Part shown: positions 10,754 to 20,983 of the stretch, piece after piece
Numbering within the stretch: position 1 is the first letter of the stretch
Layout: the number at the start of each line of letters is the position of its first letter
From: Candidatus Wolfebacteria bacterium GW2011_GWB1_47_1
GTDB lineage: Bacteria; Patescibacteriota; Minisyncoccia; UBA6257; UBA9933
DNA length: 64,000 nt
Assembly: GCA_001029635.1 (NCBI GenBank)
Contig: CP011209.1
Span: forward strand, 80,983-144,982
Direction of reading: 5' to 3'
Translations under genes and position numbers: made by a program
Notes under the pieces: model-generated
Seen by the model: only the letters and a program-made list of their open reading frames with translations
Database searches by the model: none
Told to the model about the DNA's origin: nothing

Positions 10754-12406
10754 TTAAATCAGCTCATATATGCCGAATGTACTCGCATACCGTTGCCACG
10801 AGTGGTCCCGCTGTACTATCTGCTTTGCGATGCCCATATAACGACTTGCCCGTTCCACGTCGCCAAGTTTTCCATAACACTTCGACGCATAGTAATAGGC
10901 GAGCGCATGGTCGGCTCGTACCCGTATCGTGTTTTCAAACCCCTTCAGAGCAGTGGCGTAATTTCCCAATCGCAAGTCGTTATTCTCAACGAAATTCAAC
11001 TCGAGATTAAGTAAGTACACCTTTTCCTGTATCCATTCCGGAGTGAACTCGTCGGTCTCGATAACCGCCCGCTTAAAATCACTCCCAATGTGACTGCCCT
11101 TCAAATAGTTCTTGTCGACGCAGATGTCGTACATCTCGCTTCCCACAAGAGGAGCTGCCGTGTAAATACAAAACCACGAAACATCGATGCTCCTTAAAAA
11201 GGATCGAGTATCCTCGATGTCCTGTTTCGTTTCCCCGGGAAGTCCGATGAGGATGTTCGCGTCCGTATTGATTCCCAGTTTGCGGCAATCCTCAATAACG
11301 CGTTTTATCATCGCCGTATTGATCGGTTTATGCATCACCTCCTTCAAGACCCTGTCGCTTCCCGATTCCATAGCCAACACAAGCTCATCAAGCCCGGCGC
11401 TTTTTATCGCCTCGAGCATTTCTTGATCAAGTGCGTACAAGGCCAATCCGCTGTTGAAGAAGATCTTTATCTTCAACTCCCTCGCAATCTGGATTATCTG
11501 CAAGGCCCGCTTCCGATTGATCATGAAACTGTCATCCTGGAATCCGATTGTCTTGGCTCCATATTCTTTTTGAAGCCGGGTAATATCTTCCTTGACCCGA
11601 TCCACGGTGTGATAGCGCATCTTCCGTCCGTGCACCTTATGCGATGCGCAGAAACAGCACAGATGGGGGCATCCTCGTGATGTGGCGACATGAAAGATCC
11701 TTTTTTTATCCGGATCGAAAGAGGAATAGGCATTAACCGTAGGGCTTAATCCATAATCCTCAACTCTCAGGAGCTTGTAATCATAGAACGGTATTTCATC
11801 AAGATCGGAAATGAAATCGTATTGAAACTGGAATCCCGCCTCGCTTTTTCCTCGGGTGATCCACGACGGATGGGAATTCAAAAATCCCCTTTTGTCGACT
11901 GCGTTCACTAATCCCAGCAACGGCCTTTCGCCTTCGCCATAACACAACGCGTCGAAACACGAAGTGACGGCAAAGATCTCCCGGTGCATGATGGTGGGGA
12001 CCCCGCCTCCGGCAATCATCATCGCATCCGGAAATGCGCGCCGCGCCACCTCGGAGATGGCGACCATGTTATGGTACGCGGGAGTGAACAGGGTCGATAT
12101 CCCGATGATGGTCGGATCGAAATCCAACCATTCCTTTCCAGAAAGAACCTCAAGGAACATTTCCGAAAAAGATTTGTAGATGAAATTATCGGTCTTATTC
12201 AGAATAACATTGAAGTCGAGGAGTTTTACCTCGACCGAAGAATGTTTTTTTAAATAAGCACTGAGAGACAAGAGTCCGATGGGCATATCCGTGACTACGC
12301 TGCCGTAATCCCCCGATTTCTTGGAAACAATCCTTTCGCTCGGGAGCGGGTTCACGTAATTTTCATAGCTCACGTACGGTGGCACTACAAATAGAATTCG
12401 TTCCAT
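10754..12406 (-). CDS. Cobalamin-binding radical SAM protein (class B methylase-like) with TPR-like C-terminus
   Basis: PIGLLSLSAYLK B12-binding region, GEGE, TSRGCPHLCCFC, ESGS, GLPGET. Confidence 0.87.
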   Translation of the reverse strand: MERILFVVPPYVSYENYVNPLPSERIVSKKSGDYGSVVTDMPIGLLSLSAYLKKHSSVEVKLLDFNVILNKTDNFIYKSFSEMFLEVLSGKEWLDFDPTIIGISTLFTPAYHNMVAISEVARRAFPDAMMIAGGGVPTIMHREIFAVTSCFDALCYGEGERPLLGLVNAVDKRGFLNSHPSWITRGKSEAGFQFQYDFISDLDEIPFYDYKLLRVEDYGLSPTVNAYSSFDPDKKRIFHVATSRGCPHLCCFCASHKVHGRKMRYHTVDRVKEDITRLQKEYGAKTIGFQDDSFMINRKRALQIIQIARELKIKIFFNSGLALYALDQEMLEAIKSAGLDELVLAMESGSDRVLKEVMHKPINTAMIKRVIEDCRKLGINTDANILIGLPGETKQDIEDTRSFLRSIDVSWFCIYTAAPLVGSEMYDICVDKNYLKGSHIGSDFKRAVIETDEFTPEWIQEKVYLLNLELNFVENNDLRLGNYATALKGFENTIRVRADHALAYYYASKCYGKLGDVERASRYMGIAKQIVQRDHSWQRYASTFGIYELI

Positions 12407-12548
12407 CTCGCATCTCCTTTTCTATTGGTTTGGTAATGAACTCCTATCTGCCCATAAAGTACAACGACTTCTGATTTAATACAAGACCCAGAGGCAATAT
12501 GGGCAACTTTATTAAATAGCGAATATTTTAATTAAAAAGTTTTACAGC

Positions 12549-13046
12549 TTATAAATATTGCCTGTAAATAGCGTCATGAAATTTCAATAAATTGTCGGGG
12601 CAAGTTTCATGCCACTGCAAGTAGCCAGGATCGGTTTCTTTCATCCCTTTATTTTCCGGAGCAAAATCAGGCGGTAACGAACATTTATACAAGATGGAGA
12701 TAAAATGACCCCTGACATCGCGCTCCTCGTTTATTATTTGATTTATTGCCAGCGGGTTGGGGTCAAAGTCAACTTCCGTGCCTATTTCAGATTTCGCAAC
12801 CTTTTTTATTCTTGTCTCGAATGTTTCTTTAAACCTGATAATTCCGCCTGGTATATGCCATCCTTTTCCGGCGTACTGATCATCTCTCCATGCCAGGAGC
12901 GTACGACCTTTTTCGTCCTGTATTAAAAGATCGACATTGATAAGTGGAGTTGTCTCGCTGATATAATAAAAAATTTCGTCCGGCAAGCCATAGGACGGAT
13001 TCGGAACATGCTTTTTGAGAATTTCAATAGCATCTTTAATTTCCAT
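12549..13046 (-). CDS. NUDIX hydrolase, GDP-mannose mannosyl hydrolase-like
   Basis: TPLINVDLLI...LLAWR...GWHIPGG...RGHFIS. Confidence 0.8.
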   Translation of the reverse strand: MEIKDAIEILKKHVPNPSYGLPDEIFYYISETTPLINVDLLIQDEKGRTLLAWRDDQYAGKGWHIPGGIIRFKETFETRIKKVAKSEIGTEVDFDPNPLAINQIINEERDVRGHFISILYKCSLPPDFAPENKGMKETDPGYLQWHETCPDNLLKFHDAIYRQYL

Positions 13047-13175
13047 ATAAATAACTTACGCCCCCCAACAAGGCATGTCAATTTTATATTGTAGGCGATA
13101 AACCTAGCACGAGTTCATATTAAAGGTATATAAAAAAACCCGCAGCAAAGCCGCGGGGGATGAGGTAGAGATGTA

Positions 13176-14147
13176 TTACCGTTCCATCTTGAAGTACTTG
13201 CGATACCACATAGACGTATACTCGATGCCCTCCTCGAACGTGTATTGCGATCTCCATCCGAGGATACTAGTCGCCTTCTCGAAGCTCAGGCTTTGAGAGG
13301 GGATCTCGTTCTTCTGTGTGCTGCGGATCACATACTCACACTTTCGCTTCAACGTCTTCGCGATCGCATCGATCAACTCGATAACGGTGAAGTTGTACCC
13401 GGTGCTGAAATTGAACGCTTCGCCTTTGGAGATATCCATCTGCTCCATAAGGGCAACGTACCCGTCGGCGACGTCCTTTACGTAGACATAGTCACGGACG
13501 AACTGTCCGTCGCTGCGAAGCTCGAGCGGCTCGCAACACCAGGTAGCCCGCATGATGCCGGGCACGATACGGTTGAGGTTGAGATCCCCGGGGCCGTAGA
13601 TGTTCCCAAACCGACTGACTGCAACGGGCAGGCCATAGGTCTTCGCGTAGGTCCGCGCGATCAGGTCGGTGCATGACTTGGAGACATCATACGGATGATC
13701 TCCTGCCATCGGCGCATCCTCGGTCGCATTGTCGCACTTCTTTCCGTACGCCTTGTCGCTCGAAGCAACAACGACGCCTTTGACCATCGTCGAACGCCGA
13801 GCTGCTTCCAAGACATTCACCGTCCCCATGATGTTGGTTTCCAACGTCTCACGTGGATTGACGAATGCCGTGTTGACGATCGGCTGTGCGGCGACGTGAA
13901 AGATGTGTTCGATTTCATACCGGGTGACCACGTCAAGTACGCGTTGCGCATCCTTGATGTCGCACGTTGCGCTGACGACATGATCACCAAGCTTCTTGCC
14001 AGCGAAGTAGGACCACGGATTCGATGCTCGGCACGTGATGTGCACATGCGCACCCATGGCGATCAACTTCTCGGTCAGATGTCCTCCGACAAGTCCTGTC
14101 GCTCCGGTGACCAGAACGTTTCGGCCTCTTAAGTCGTGCTTTGTCAC
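13176..14147 (-). CDS. CDP-glucose 4,6-dehydratase-like (RfbG-like) SDR
   Basis: GATGLVG, HVAAQPIV, SSDKAY, YDVSK, RFGNIYGPGD; GTG start after AGGAGG. Confidence 0.82.
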   Translation of the reverse strand: MTKHDLRGRNVLVTGATGLVGGHLTEKLIAMGAHVHITCRASNPWSYFAGKKLGDHVVSATCDIKDAQRVLDVVTRYEIEHIFHVAAQPIVNTAFVNPRETLETNIMGTVNVLEAARRSTMVKGVVVASSDKAYGKKCDNATEDAPMAGDHPYDVSKSCTDLIARTYAKTYGLPVAVSRFGNIYGPGDLNLNRIVPGIMRATWCCEPLELRSDGQFVRDYVYVKDVADGYVALMEQMDISKGEAFNFSTGYNFTVIELIDAIAKTLKRKCEYVIRSTQKNEIPSQSLSFEKATSILGWRSQYTFEEGIEYTSMWYRKYFKMER

Positions 14148-14266
14148 ATGCCACCTCCTGTATGCGATTGTCTTAATGCATGGATATGCTATTAGTGTTC
14201 TGACTTTTGTATAGTGATTTTTAATGAAAAAGTCAACAAAAAGAGGGGCCGAAGCCCCTCTCACGT

Positions 14267-15049
14267 TTACCAGACCTTCCAAAACGGATCGCACTCCCAC
14301 AGCTCATTCAGCTCAAGAACTTCCTTTTGAGTGTCCATGGGTTTCCACCTTCCCCCATGGGAAAAGACAGACAGCTCTCCGCGCTCCGCCAGCGGGATGA
14401 ACACGTGTTCGATCATCGAATCGGGGTCAATCAGGTCGAGCGCCTCGTTCTTGAACACCATGAACCCGCCGTTTACGTAGTCGGCGTGTTCGCCGCCTAT
14501 AAAGTCTTTGACCTTCGCCTGGTGAAAATCCCTAGCCTTACCGGTACTGTCATCGACGGAGATCAGGCCGAATCGCTCTTCCTTGTGTACGCCGGTGATC
14601 GTGCCGATCGTACCCTGCTTTTGATGGAACTCGACCAGCTTGATTACGTTGACATTGCCAACCCCGTCACCGTAAGTAAGCATAAAATCTTCACCACCGA
14701 GATGGCGCCGTAAGCGCCTGACGCGCTCGCCCGTAAGAGAATTCAGACCGGTTTCTACAAATGTGACTTTGAAGTCGTCGCAATCGTTGTTGTGAAACGT
14801 CAGCTCGGCGGTCTTCGTGTCGAGCGTGAAGTCGTTCAGGAATGTCCTCCAGTGCAGGAAGTATTCCTTGATCATATCGCCACGATACCCTAATGCGAGG
14901 ATGAATTCGTTATATCCGTAGTGGGCGTAGATCTTCATGATGTGCCACAAGATCGGCTTACCGCCGACGAGCACCAACGGCTTCGGCTTAAACTCCGTTT
15001 CCTCCTTCATGCGAGTGCCTTGCCCTCCGCACAGAATCACCGTTTTCAT
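14267..15049 (-). CDS. rfbF: Glucose-1-phosphate cytidylyltransferase
   Basis: LCGGQGTRMKEETEFKPKPLV, LTYGDG, NGGF, WKPMDT, terminal WKVW. Confidence 0.93.
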   Translation of the reverse strand: MKTVILCGGQGTRMKEETEFKPKPLVLVGGKPILWHIMKIYAHYGYNEFILALGYRGDMIKEYFLHWRTFLNDFTLDTKTAELTFHNNDCDDFKVTFVETGLNSLTGERVRRLRRHLGGEDFMLTYGDGVGNVNVIKLVEFHQKQGTIGTITGVHKEERFGLISVDDSTGKARDFHQAKVKDFIGGEHADYVNGGFMVFKNEALDLIDPDSMIEHVFIPLAERGELSVFSHGGRWKPMDTQKEVLELNELWECDPFWKVW

Positions 15050-15159
15050 ATACCCCCCCTTATTCGGTTGTATCCGCTGTATGTACAGCTAGTTCTAGTT
15101 ACTGTATAAAAATTTTCTCATTAAAAGTCAAACGGTTCTTTGTTGTCCTGCTGCACTTG

Positions 15160-15252
15160 TTAACGATTAACCAGCCCAAACACCACCACCCCGAACGCAA
15201 CTCCGACATTCAAAGATTCCTTTTTTGCCACGCATTGGGATTTTCAAAAATA
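15160..15252 (-). pseudogene. Duplicated 3' fragment of the trmH-like gene
   Basis: 51 bp identical to 16423-16473 with weaker similarity beyond; reads LKIPMRGKK(+1 nt)ESLNVGVAFGVVVFGLVNR-stop. Confidence 0.8.
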
Positions 15253-15261
15253 GTGTGCTTA

Positions 15262-16317
15262 TTAATTTACCGCATAATTTCTCGCAGCAAAATCATATTG
15301 GGCAATAAAAATACTCTTGAACGGCGTCAGAATATTTAATTCATAGAATACAAGAACAGCCTCTCGATATTCCTGCTCGTTCACGCTGCGGTAAGAAAGT
15401 GGCGCCAAATCATATGCCAGCAAGATAGCATCAGCCAAAAGTCTACCAGTTCGCTTGTTTCCATCTTCGAATGGCTGTATATACGAAATGCCAATAACCG
15501 CCAAGAGTGCTTTTCCGTAAGGAGAATCACATTGCACTATTTTTTGAGTAAGTGCGTGTAATGCTTCAGATATCTGAAATTCATTGTCAAGAGGTCTATA
15601 AATAGAGCCAGTAACGCCAACTGCTCTTTTTCTTAAATTAAAACCCACATTAAGATCTTTTACTAAGATCTTATGCAGCTCCTCAATATCATTTTTTGAA
15701 AGACTCTTAAATCGATCAGCATTCTTGTGGACATATTCAAAGGCGCTCTTATGATTCAAGATCATCTGAGTTTCATCTTTTGTCTTCCCCGGTGCTGCAA
15801 TGTGTCGGAGAATTAACATCTCAGTATCTAGGAGACTATACGTATTTCCTTCAATCTTTGACGACTTCCAAGAAAGCTCGATAATCAGCCGCTCTAGCTC
15901 CTTTCTTCGTATGCTTTCTGGCAGATCATTGATCCTCCGCCGATATTCATGAGTCGCTTCATCAAGAACCCGCTCTTCTGTCTCATTAAAAAGAACCGTG
16001 GGCATTTCAACAAATAGATCAAAGTTATATCGGGTCATCCCATATCGATTATCGGGGTCAACTGAACAATAAGCAGAAGCGTCTATATCTGCAAAAACTC
16101 TCCCGGTCGTACTTATTGCATACGCCGTGGATCGTCCCGACCCAGAAACCCTTAACACATTCAACTTGACCAATTCGGACAAGATTCTCTTTACAGTCAC
16201 GAGAGAAATTTGCTCGCCAGATTCCTTTAAATCGGAGTATATCTGAGATGACGAAAAAGTCTCCCCTTTTAGTAAGGTTGTCACTATTAGTTGTTGTTTT
16301 TGATTCAATTGGGTCAT
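15262..16317 (-). CDS. Fic-family protein with N-terminal winged HTH
   Basis: SSKIEGN and QPFEDGNKRTGR; N-terminal SLVTVKRILSELV...GSGRSTAY. Confidence 0.9.
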   Translation of the reverse strand: MTQLNQKQQLIVTTLLKGETFSSSQIYSDLKESGEQISLVTVKRILSELVKLNVLRVSGSGRSTAYAISTTGRVFADIDASAYCSVDPDNRYGMTRYNFDLFVEMPTVLFNETEERVLDEATHEYRRRINDLPESIRRKELERLIIELSWKSSKIEGNTYSLLDTEMLILRHIAAPGKTKDETQMILNHKSAFEYVHKNADRFKSLSKNDIEELHKILVKDLNVGFNLRKRAVGVTGSIYRPLDNEFQISEALHALTQKIVQCDSPYGKALLAVIGISYIQPFEDGNKRTGRLLADAILLAYDLAPLSYRSVNEQEYREAVLVFYELNILTPFKSIFIAQYDFAARNYAVN

Positions 16318-16318
16318 A

Positions 16319-16383
16319 TTCGTATCATTTATATATAATTATCGTATCATTATGATACGATAATTACAATACTTTGATACGAA
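16319..16383. promoter_or_regulatory. Palindromic operator-like site upstream of fic
   Basis: TAATTATCGTATCAT-T-ATGATACGATAATTA (16336-16366) plus two flanking CGTATCA/TGATACG half-sites. Confidence 0.6.
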
Positions 16384-16401
16384 AACACGCCCTGGTCTTA
16401 T

Positions 16402-16881
16402 TCACTTGGCCCTATTCAGAATCCCAAACACCACCACCCCGAACGCAACTCCGACATTCAAAGATTCCTTTTTCCCGTGCATCGGAATTTCCAAAATATG
16501 GTCTGTGCGGGCCAGGATCCCCTTTGGCAGTCCTTCTACCTCATTGCCCATTATCAGGGCTAATTTGGCCGTTTTTGGGGCGTTAAAGCCTATATACGGC
16601 ACCGAATCAGCAGATTGTTCGACTGCGCAAATGGTATACCCCTCCTTTTTTAATCTCCCTATGAGGCGAACAGCCGATTTTGAATATTCCCAAGGAATAT
16701 AATCCTCCGCACCAAGCGATACCTTGGAAATATCTTGACGCTTACGCCCAAATTGGTCGACGGGTTGTGGCGTGATGCCACACAAAAACACCTTCTTTAC
16801 ACCCGCCGCATCGGCAGTCCGGAATATGGATCCGACATTATGCGTACTGCGAATGTCGGGCAAGATGACTACGATTTCCAT
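16402..16881 (-). CDS. TrmH/SpoU-family RNA 2'-O-methyltransferase
   Basis: NVGSIFRTAD, MGNEVEGL, IPMHGKKESLNVGVA. Confidence 0.92.
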   Translation of the reverse strand: MEIVVILPDIRSTHNVGSIFRTADAAGVKKVFLCGITPQPVDQFGRKRQDISKVSLGAEDYIPWEYSKSAVRLIGRLKKEGYTICAVEQSADSVPYIGFNAPKTAKLALIMGNEVEGLPKGILARTDHILEIPMHGKKESLNVGVAFGVVVFGILNRAK

Positions 16882-16924
16882 TCGCAAAGTATATCATAAA
16901 AGACCCGCTTAAGCGGGTCTTTTA

Positions 16925-19900
16925 TTAATTAATCTCGAAATACATATCATGAACACCAACATCACGTCCTTCGCTCCCCACGTATGTCGTCAATCCTCCG
17001 TTCACATATGCGCCATACTCAGCAGCACCATACACACTACTTAGAGCATCGGACGGCGGGATAAAGTACAAAACATAATTAATAGCAGGATCAAGTGCGA
17101 TCAAATTGCCAAAATCAAACACCATCGACGTCTTTACATCCGCGACGTTATTTTCTTCACTTGAATAAACCTCTGCGATACTTGTCTTTGCACACGAAGC
17201 GAGGTCGGTACAAATGCCGACGCGCCATCGCCCGGCCCTTTCGCTTTCGCCATAGATCCGAACTATTTTTATTGATGAGATAGCATTCTTTCCAATTACC
17301 TGCTGATAACGCGCTTTTACGGTCGGGGTAGAGCGTATGGAATCATTCAGCTGGGAGAGCGTTGCGGGGCCGGAAGGGAACGCCACTACATCACTATCGA
17401 CAAAATCGGTCGTTGTTGATTCTGTAGACGTGGGTTCAGGTTCGAGTACGACTACAGGCATAACATTTTCCATCCCTGGAGTTGATGATGCCGCTTGCCA
17501 TACATCGCCGAACTTTTGCAATGAATTACCGTCGCCCTGTGCGCCGGTAGCCGATGCGTACATTGTTGTATCGATAACCAAGTCGCCATTCTTTAACACA
17601 AGAAATTCGCCCTCATTACTCAATGAGAACGTGCTATCAAAAAGCGTTCCAGTAAAACCGCTGTTATCAGCAAGAAACGCCGTACTATCATTTCCAATAA
17701 CCGCATACCCCGCCGGAAGTAGCGAGGGACTGCCTTGTTTTAGAGTCAGCCCATGATGCGTTTCGTTCTCGTAGAATTTCCATTCGGCAATATCAACAGT
17801 TGTGGTCCCGTTATTATACAACTCAATCCACTCGCGACCCTCATCAGCCCCCGGGAGGTCATACATGGCCTCGTTAATAATAACCGGATAAAACTGCATT
17901 ATAGTGGTTGTGGCAGTAGTGGTAGCAATATCTTCTGTCGAAGACTCAGTTACCTGCGTTGTTGTCGCAAGTGCAATAGAACTGATCGCAAAATACATAT
18001 CCGCGAGACCCGTATCGATTGCCTCATTGATGTAATAGGGCTCATATTGTCCAAACGCATACAACTTTCCGCCGAGATATACATCAGCAGCAGATCCCCG
18101 AATATGCGATACTCTATCTTTGGCAGGAACGCTTCCCGTCGGTTCAACAAACAGCGCATATAGCATGCCAGCATCAAGCGCCACGGGTTCATTAAATCCA
18201 AACGTAAGCAACGTTTCAGTATCTCCACCAGGCATATCCCGATCAGCAAAGGCCTGAACCAAAACAGTTGAGCACTTGAGAGTCAACGGGTTGAATGCAC
18301 AAACGCCACCTCTCCACTTACCCGCAACTCCCGAACCATATACCGAAAAAGATCCGACGGTATACGAAGTACTGGTCGCTAATGATTGATAATAGGTTAT
18401 CACGCTCAACCCTCCCGAATCGGCACTGTGAATTGACTGCGAAGACGTTGCATACATATCCGCAGTCGTCGTGGCCACATTAACAATAGGCGCACTGTTT
18501 ATGCGCCCGGGAGTCGAAGATGCGGCAACCCAAACGCCATCAATCAATTGCAGTGAAGCACCATCACCGTAGGCACCTGTACTCGACGCATAGGAAGTCG
18601 AGTCTATGGTCAACGTGCCATTTTTAAAAGAAAGCTGTTCTCCGTCATTGTTAAGCGAAAAGGAGCTTTCAAGAATACTCCCGGTAAACCCTGCGTTATC
18701 CTTTAAAAATTCATCTTTACTTCCCGTGATAATTACATAGCCATCAACCGACATAACGGAAGATCCCTGCACAGCAGCGAGTTCATGGTTCACCTCGCCC
18801 TCGAATAATTTCCAATCTAGAATATCAACAGTAGTCGAACCGGTATTGCGCAGCTCTATCCATTCCCGATTTGTATCAGCCCCCGGTAGATCATACATGA
18901 TCTCGTTGATGGTAACCGGATAAAACTGCGGTTCGGCAATCGAAAGCGAATCGCCACCGCGCCCACTTTGCGCCGAACTCAAAGAAACGGAAATTCCCCC
19001 GCCATTTGAATACGTGACGCCGGCAGAATTTTCTTTCTTAGGTGTTCCTCCCACGCTCGAAGATGTGCGCCAGCCACCACCTGAGTTGCGCTCCATCGTC
19101 TGCTTGGAATCATTACTCCCTGCAGTCCAATGCGCCGCAACGGGGATCTCGTCAACAATACTGCACGAGGAATCAAACAAATGCAGTCCATCGCTGGAAT
19201 TTCCGAGCGCACCCGAATAAATAAGATCTGCCGTGACGCCAACCGCAGAATTATTATCGGTTCGCTCCAGAAGCACGATCTGCCCTGCCTTAACGGTTGA
19301 ATTTTTTAAATCATCTAATCGAATTTTAACGCCACCTCCTTTGTTTAATAATTGCCAACCCGAAACATCGACATCGTTTGAAGAAACGTTTTTGAGCTCG
19401 ATCCACTCGTCACCTGCACTGCGCACACCGCCCATCCATGCCACCTCATTTATAACGACACCCCTCTGTATAGATTTAGTGGTAGACCCATATGGGCATA
19501 AAGGAGCATCTAATTGCTTTGACGAAGCACTCTTCACTAGCTCTACCTCCTGCGCATCAGACTCAACAACTTCGGGCTTTTTCTTCTCTAGGGCAAGTAC
19601 CGTTTTATCTTGCACTTGCGCTTCCTTCTGCAATTGAGCTATCTGCAGCTTTAACGCAGCAATCTCATCATTCTTCTTTGTAGCCGCGTCTTTTTTAACC
19701 GTAGTCGTATTGGGACCGGCAGACGCATCCGCTTCGTCATTACTACCGGTATCAAGCTCACTGGATTCCAGTCCTACACTGCCCACATCAGTCAATCCAT
19801 TGTCGTTAGTAAACAACCCTCCGACAAATTTTGCCGAAGAAGTAATGCCATTTCCGATAGCACCCAGTACGTTTCCAAAGAACGCTCCTGTCTTCACTGT

Positions 19901-20983
19901 AACACTCTTCACACCACCCCAAATAGAACTAACAACGTTAGAAGCCCTTGCGACAATACTCGGCTTCGGCGTTTCTTCTTTCAAAAAATCAGGATCTTGT
20001 CGAGCCTTTTCAACATCGTGGAAGAATAGGTCAATCACCCCAGCGCTATAGTGAACCGTACGGACGGAAAGAAGGGACCAGTAGGATTCCATAACTAAAT
20101 CCTTAGTCACAGAAGTATTAGCACTATTCGTTCCATAAATATCATCTAGATTTCGCTGGGCAACTAAGAAATATTGACTCCCCTCATCATCCTTACTCTT
20201 AAAATAATACCATCCGTCATTTTTAGACTCAGCAGTCTTAAAATCAAGCTCCGGGAAATCGTACGCCCCTATAGATTCGGGACTATAGAAATATTTATTG
20301 GAATACTTTGCCAACCCATCGAAGTACTTATCGAGCGAACGAAGACTGACGGGCTTTTTATCTCCGATGCGACTCCTAAGCTGATCATCAGGACTATTTG
20401 AATCGTACCGGGCTGTGTATTCTTCATATTTACTACCCTTTACGTGACTGTCGTTTCTTGTATGCTCAGGTACCCCCATATCCTCCATAAGATGGAGAAT
20501 GTGGCCGAGCACCTCCATGGCCATTGCTTCGTCGCCATTAAGCCAATAGCGAATCCCCTCATTCCATGCAAAGTTCGAGGTTGGATAAAATCCTTCTATT
20601 TTTTCTTTATCAACCGGAGCAAGAGAGGAATCCGAAAGGAGTGTGTATTCAACACCGCCCTGACTCACTAAGTCATTAGCCCATTCCTTCGCCGACTCAC
20701 CGTCAAGAAGACCATCACTAAGCCCCGCATCATTAATGGGATCATAAAAATGATTCCGATACCGAGGATCGTCATCCTCGTGGATAGATCCGTCTATCAA
20801 GAAGCGCTTCAGATCAGCAGATATCTTATTCTCCGCCGTGTTTTTGTTATACAGCTCGATTGCTTCAGCAGTTAGATAGGCATGCGTATTGACTTCGTAT
20901 CCATACACCAATTGCGCAGAAAAAAATAAACCAACCACCAGTAGAAGCGAGGGAATCAAAACGCCAAATTTTCTATTTTCCAT
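16925..20983 (-). CDS. Secreted multidomain protein: phospholipase C/P1-nuclease-like N-terminal domain, coiled coil, three lamin-tail domains
   Basis: Signal peptide; THAYLT, HEDD..RYRNHFYDP, GHILHLMEDMGVPEH; three (V/T/I)INE...EWIEL LTD repeats. Confidence 0.8.
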   Translation of the reverse strand: MENRKFGVLIPSLLLVVGLFFSAQLVYGYEVNTHAYLTAEAIELYNKNTAENKISADLKRFLIDGSIHEDDDPRYRNHFYDPINDAGLSDGLLDGESAKEWANDLVSQGGVEYTLLSDSSLAPVDKEKIEGFYPTSNFAWNEGIRYWLNGDEAMAMEVLGHILHLMEDMGVPEHTRNDSHVKGSKYEEYTARYDSNSPDDQLRSRIGDKKPVSLRSLDKYFDGLAKYSNKYFYSPESIGAYDFPELDFKTAESKNDGWYYFKSKDDEGSQYFLVAQRNLDDIYGTNSANTSVTKDLVMESYWSLLSVRTVHYSAGVIDLFFHDVEKARQDPDFLKEETPKPSIVARASNVVSSIWGGVKSVTVKTGAFFGNVLGAIGNGITSSAKFVGGLFTNDNGLTDVGSVGLESSELDTGSNDEADASAGPNTTTVKKDAATKKNDEIAALKLQIAQLQKEAQVQDKTVLALEKKKPEVVESDAQEVELVKSASSKQLDAPLCPYGSTTKSIQRGVVINEVAWMGGVRSAGDEWIELKNVSSNDVDVSGWQLLNKGGGVKIRLDDLKNSTVKAGQIVLLERTDNNSAVGVTADLIYSGALGNSSDGLHLFDSSCSIVDEIPVAAHWTAGSNDSKQTMERNSGGGWRTSSSVGGTPKKENSAGVTYSNGGGISVSLSSAQSGRGGDSLSIAEPQFYPVTINEIMYDLPGADTNREWIELRNTGSTTVDILDWKLFEGEVNHELAAVQGSSVMSVDGYVIITGSKDEFLKDNAGFTGSILESSFSLNNDGEQLSFKNGTLTIDSTSYASSTGAYGDGASLQLIDGVWVAASSTPGRINSAPIVNVATTTADMYATSSQSIHSADSGGLSVITYYQSLATSTSYTVGSFSVYGSGVAGKWRGGVCAFNPLTLKCSTVLVQAFADRDMPGGDTETLLTFGFNEPVALDAGMLYALFVEPTGSVPAKDRVSHIRGSAADVYLGGKLYAFGQYEPYYINEAIDTGLADMYFAISSIALATTTQVTESSTEDIATTTATTTIMQFYPVIINEAMYDLPGADEGREWIELYNNGTTTVDIAEWKFYENETHHGLTLKQGSPSLLPAGYAVIGNDSTAFLADNSGFTGTLFDSTFSLSNEGEFLVLKNGDLVIDTTMYASATGAQGDGNSLQKFGDVWQAASSTPGMENVMPVVVLEPEPTSTESTTTDFVDSDVVAFPSGPATLSQLNDSIRSTPTVKARYQQVIGKNAISSIKIVRIYGESERAGRWRVGICTDLASCAKTSIAEVYSSEENNVADVKTSMVFDFGNLIALDPAINYVLYFIPPSDALSSVYGAAEYGAYVNGGLTTYVGSEGRDVGVHDMYFEIN

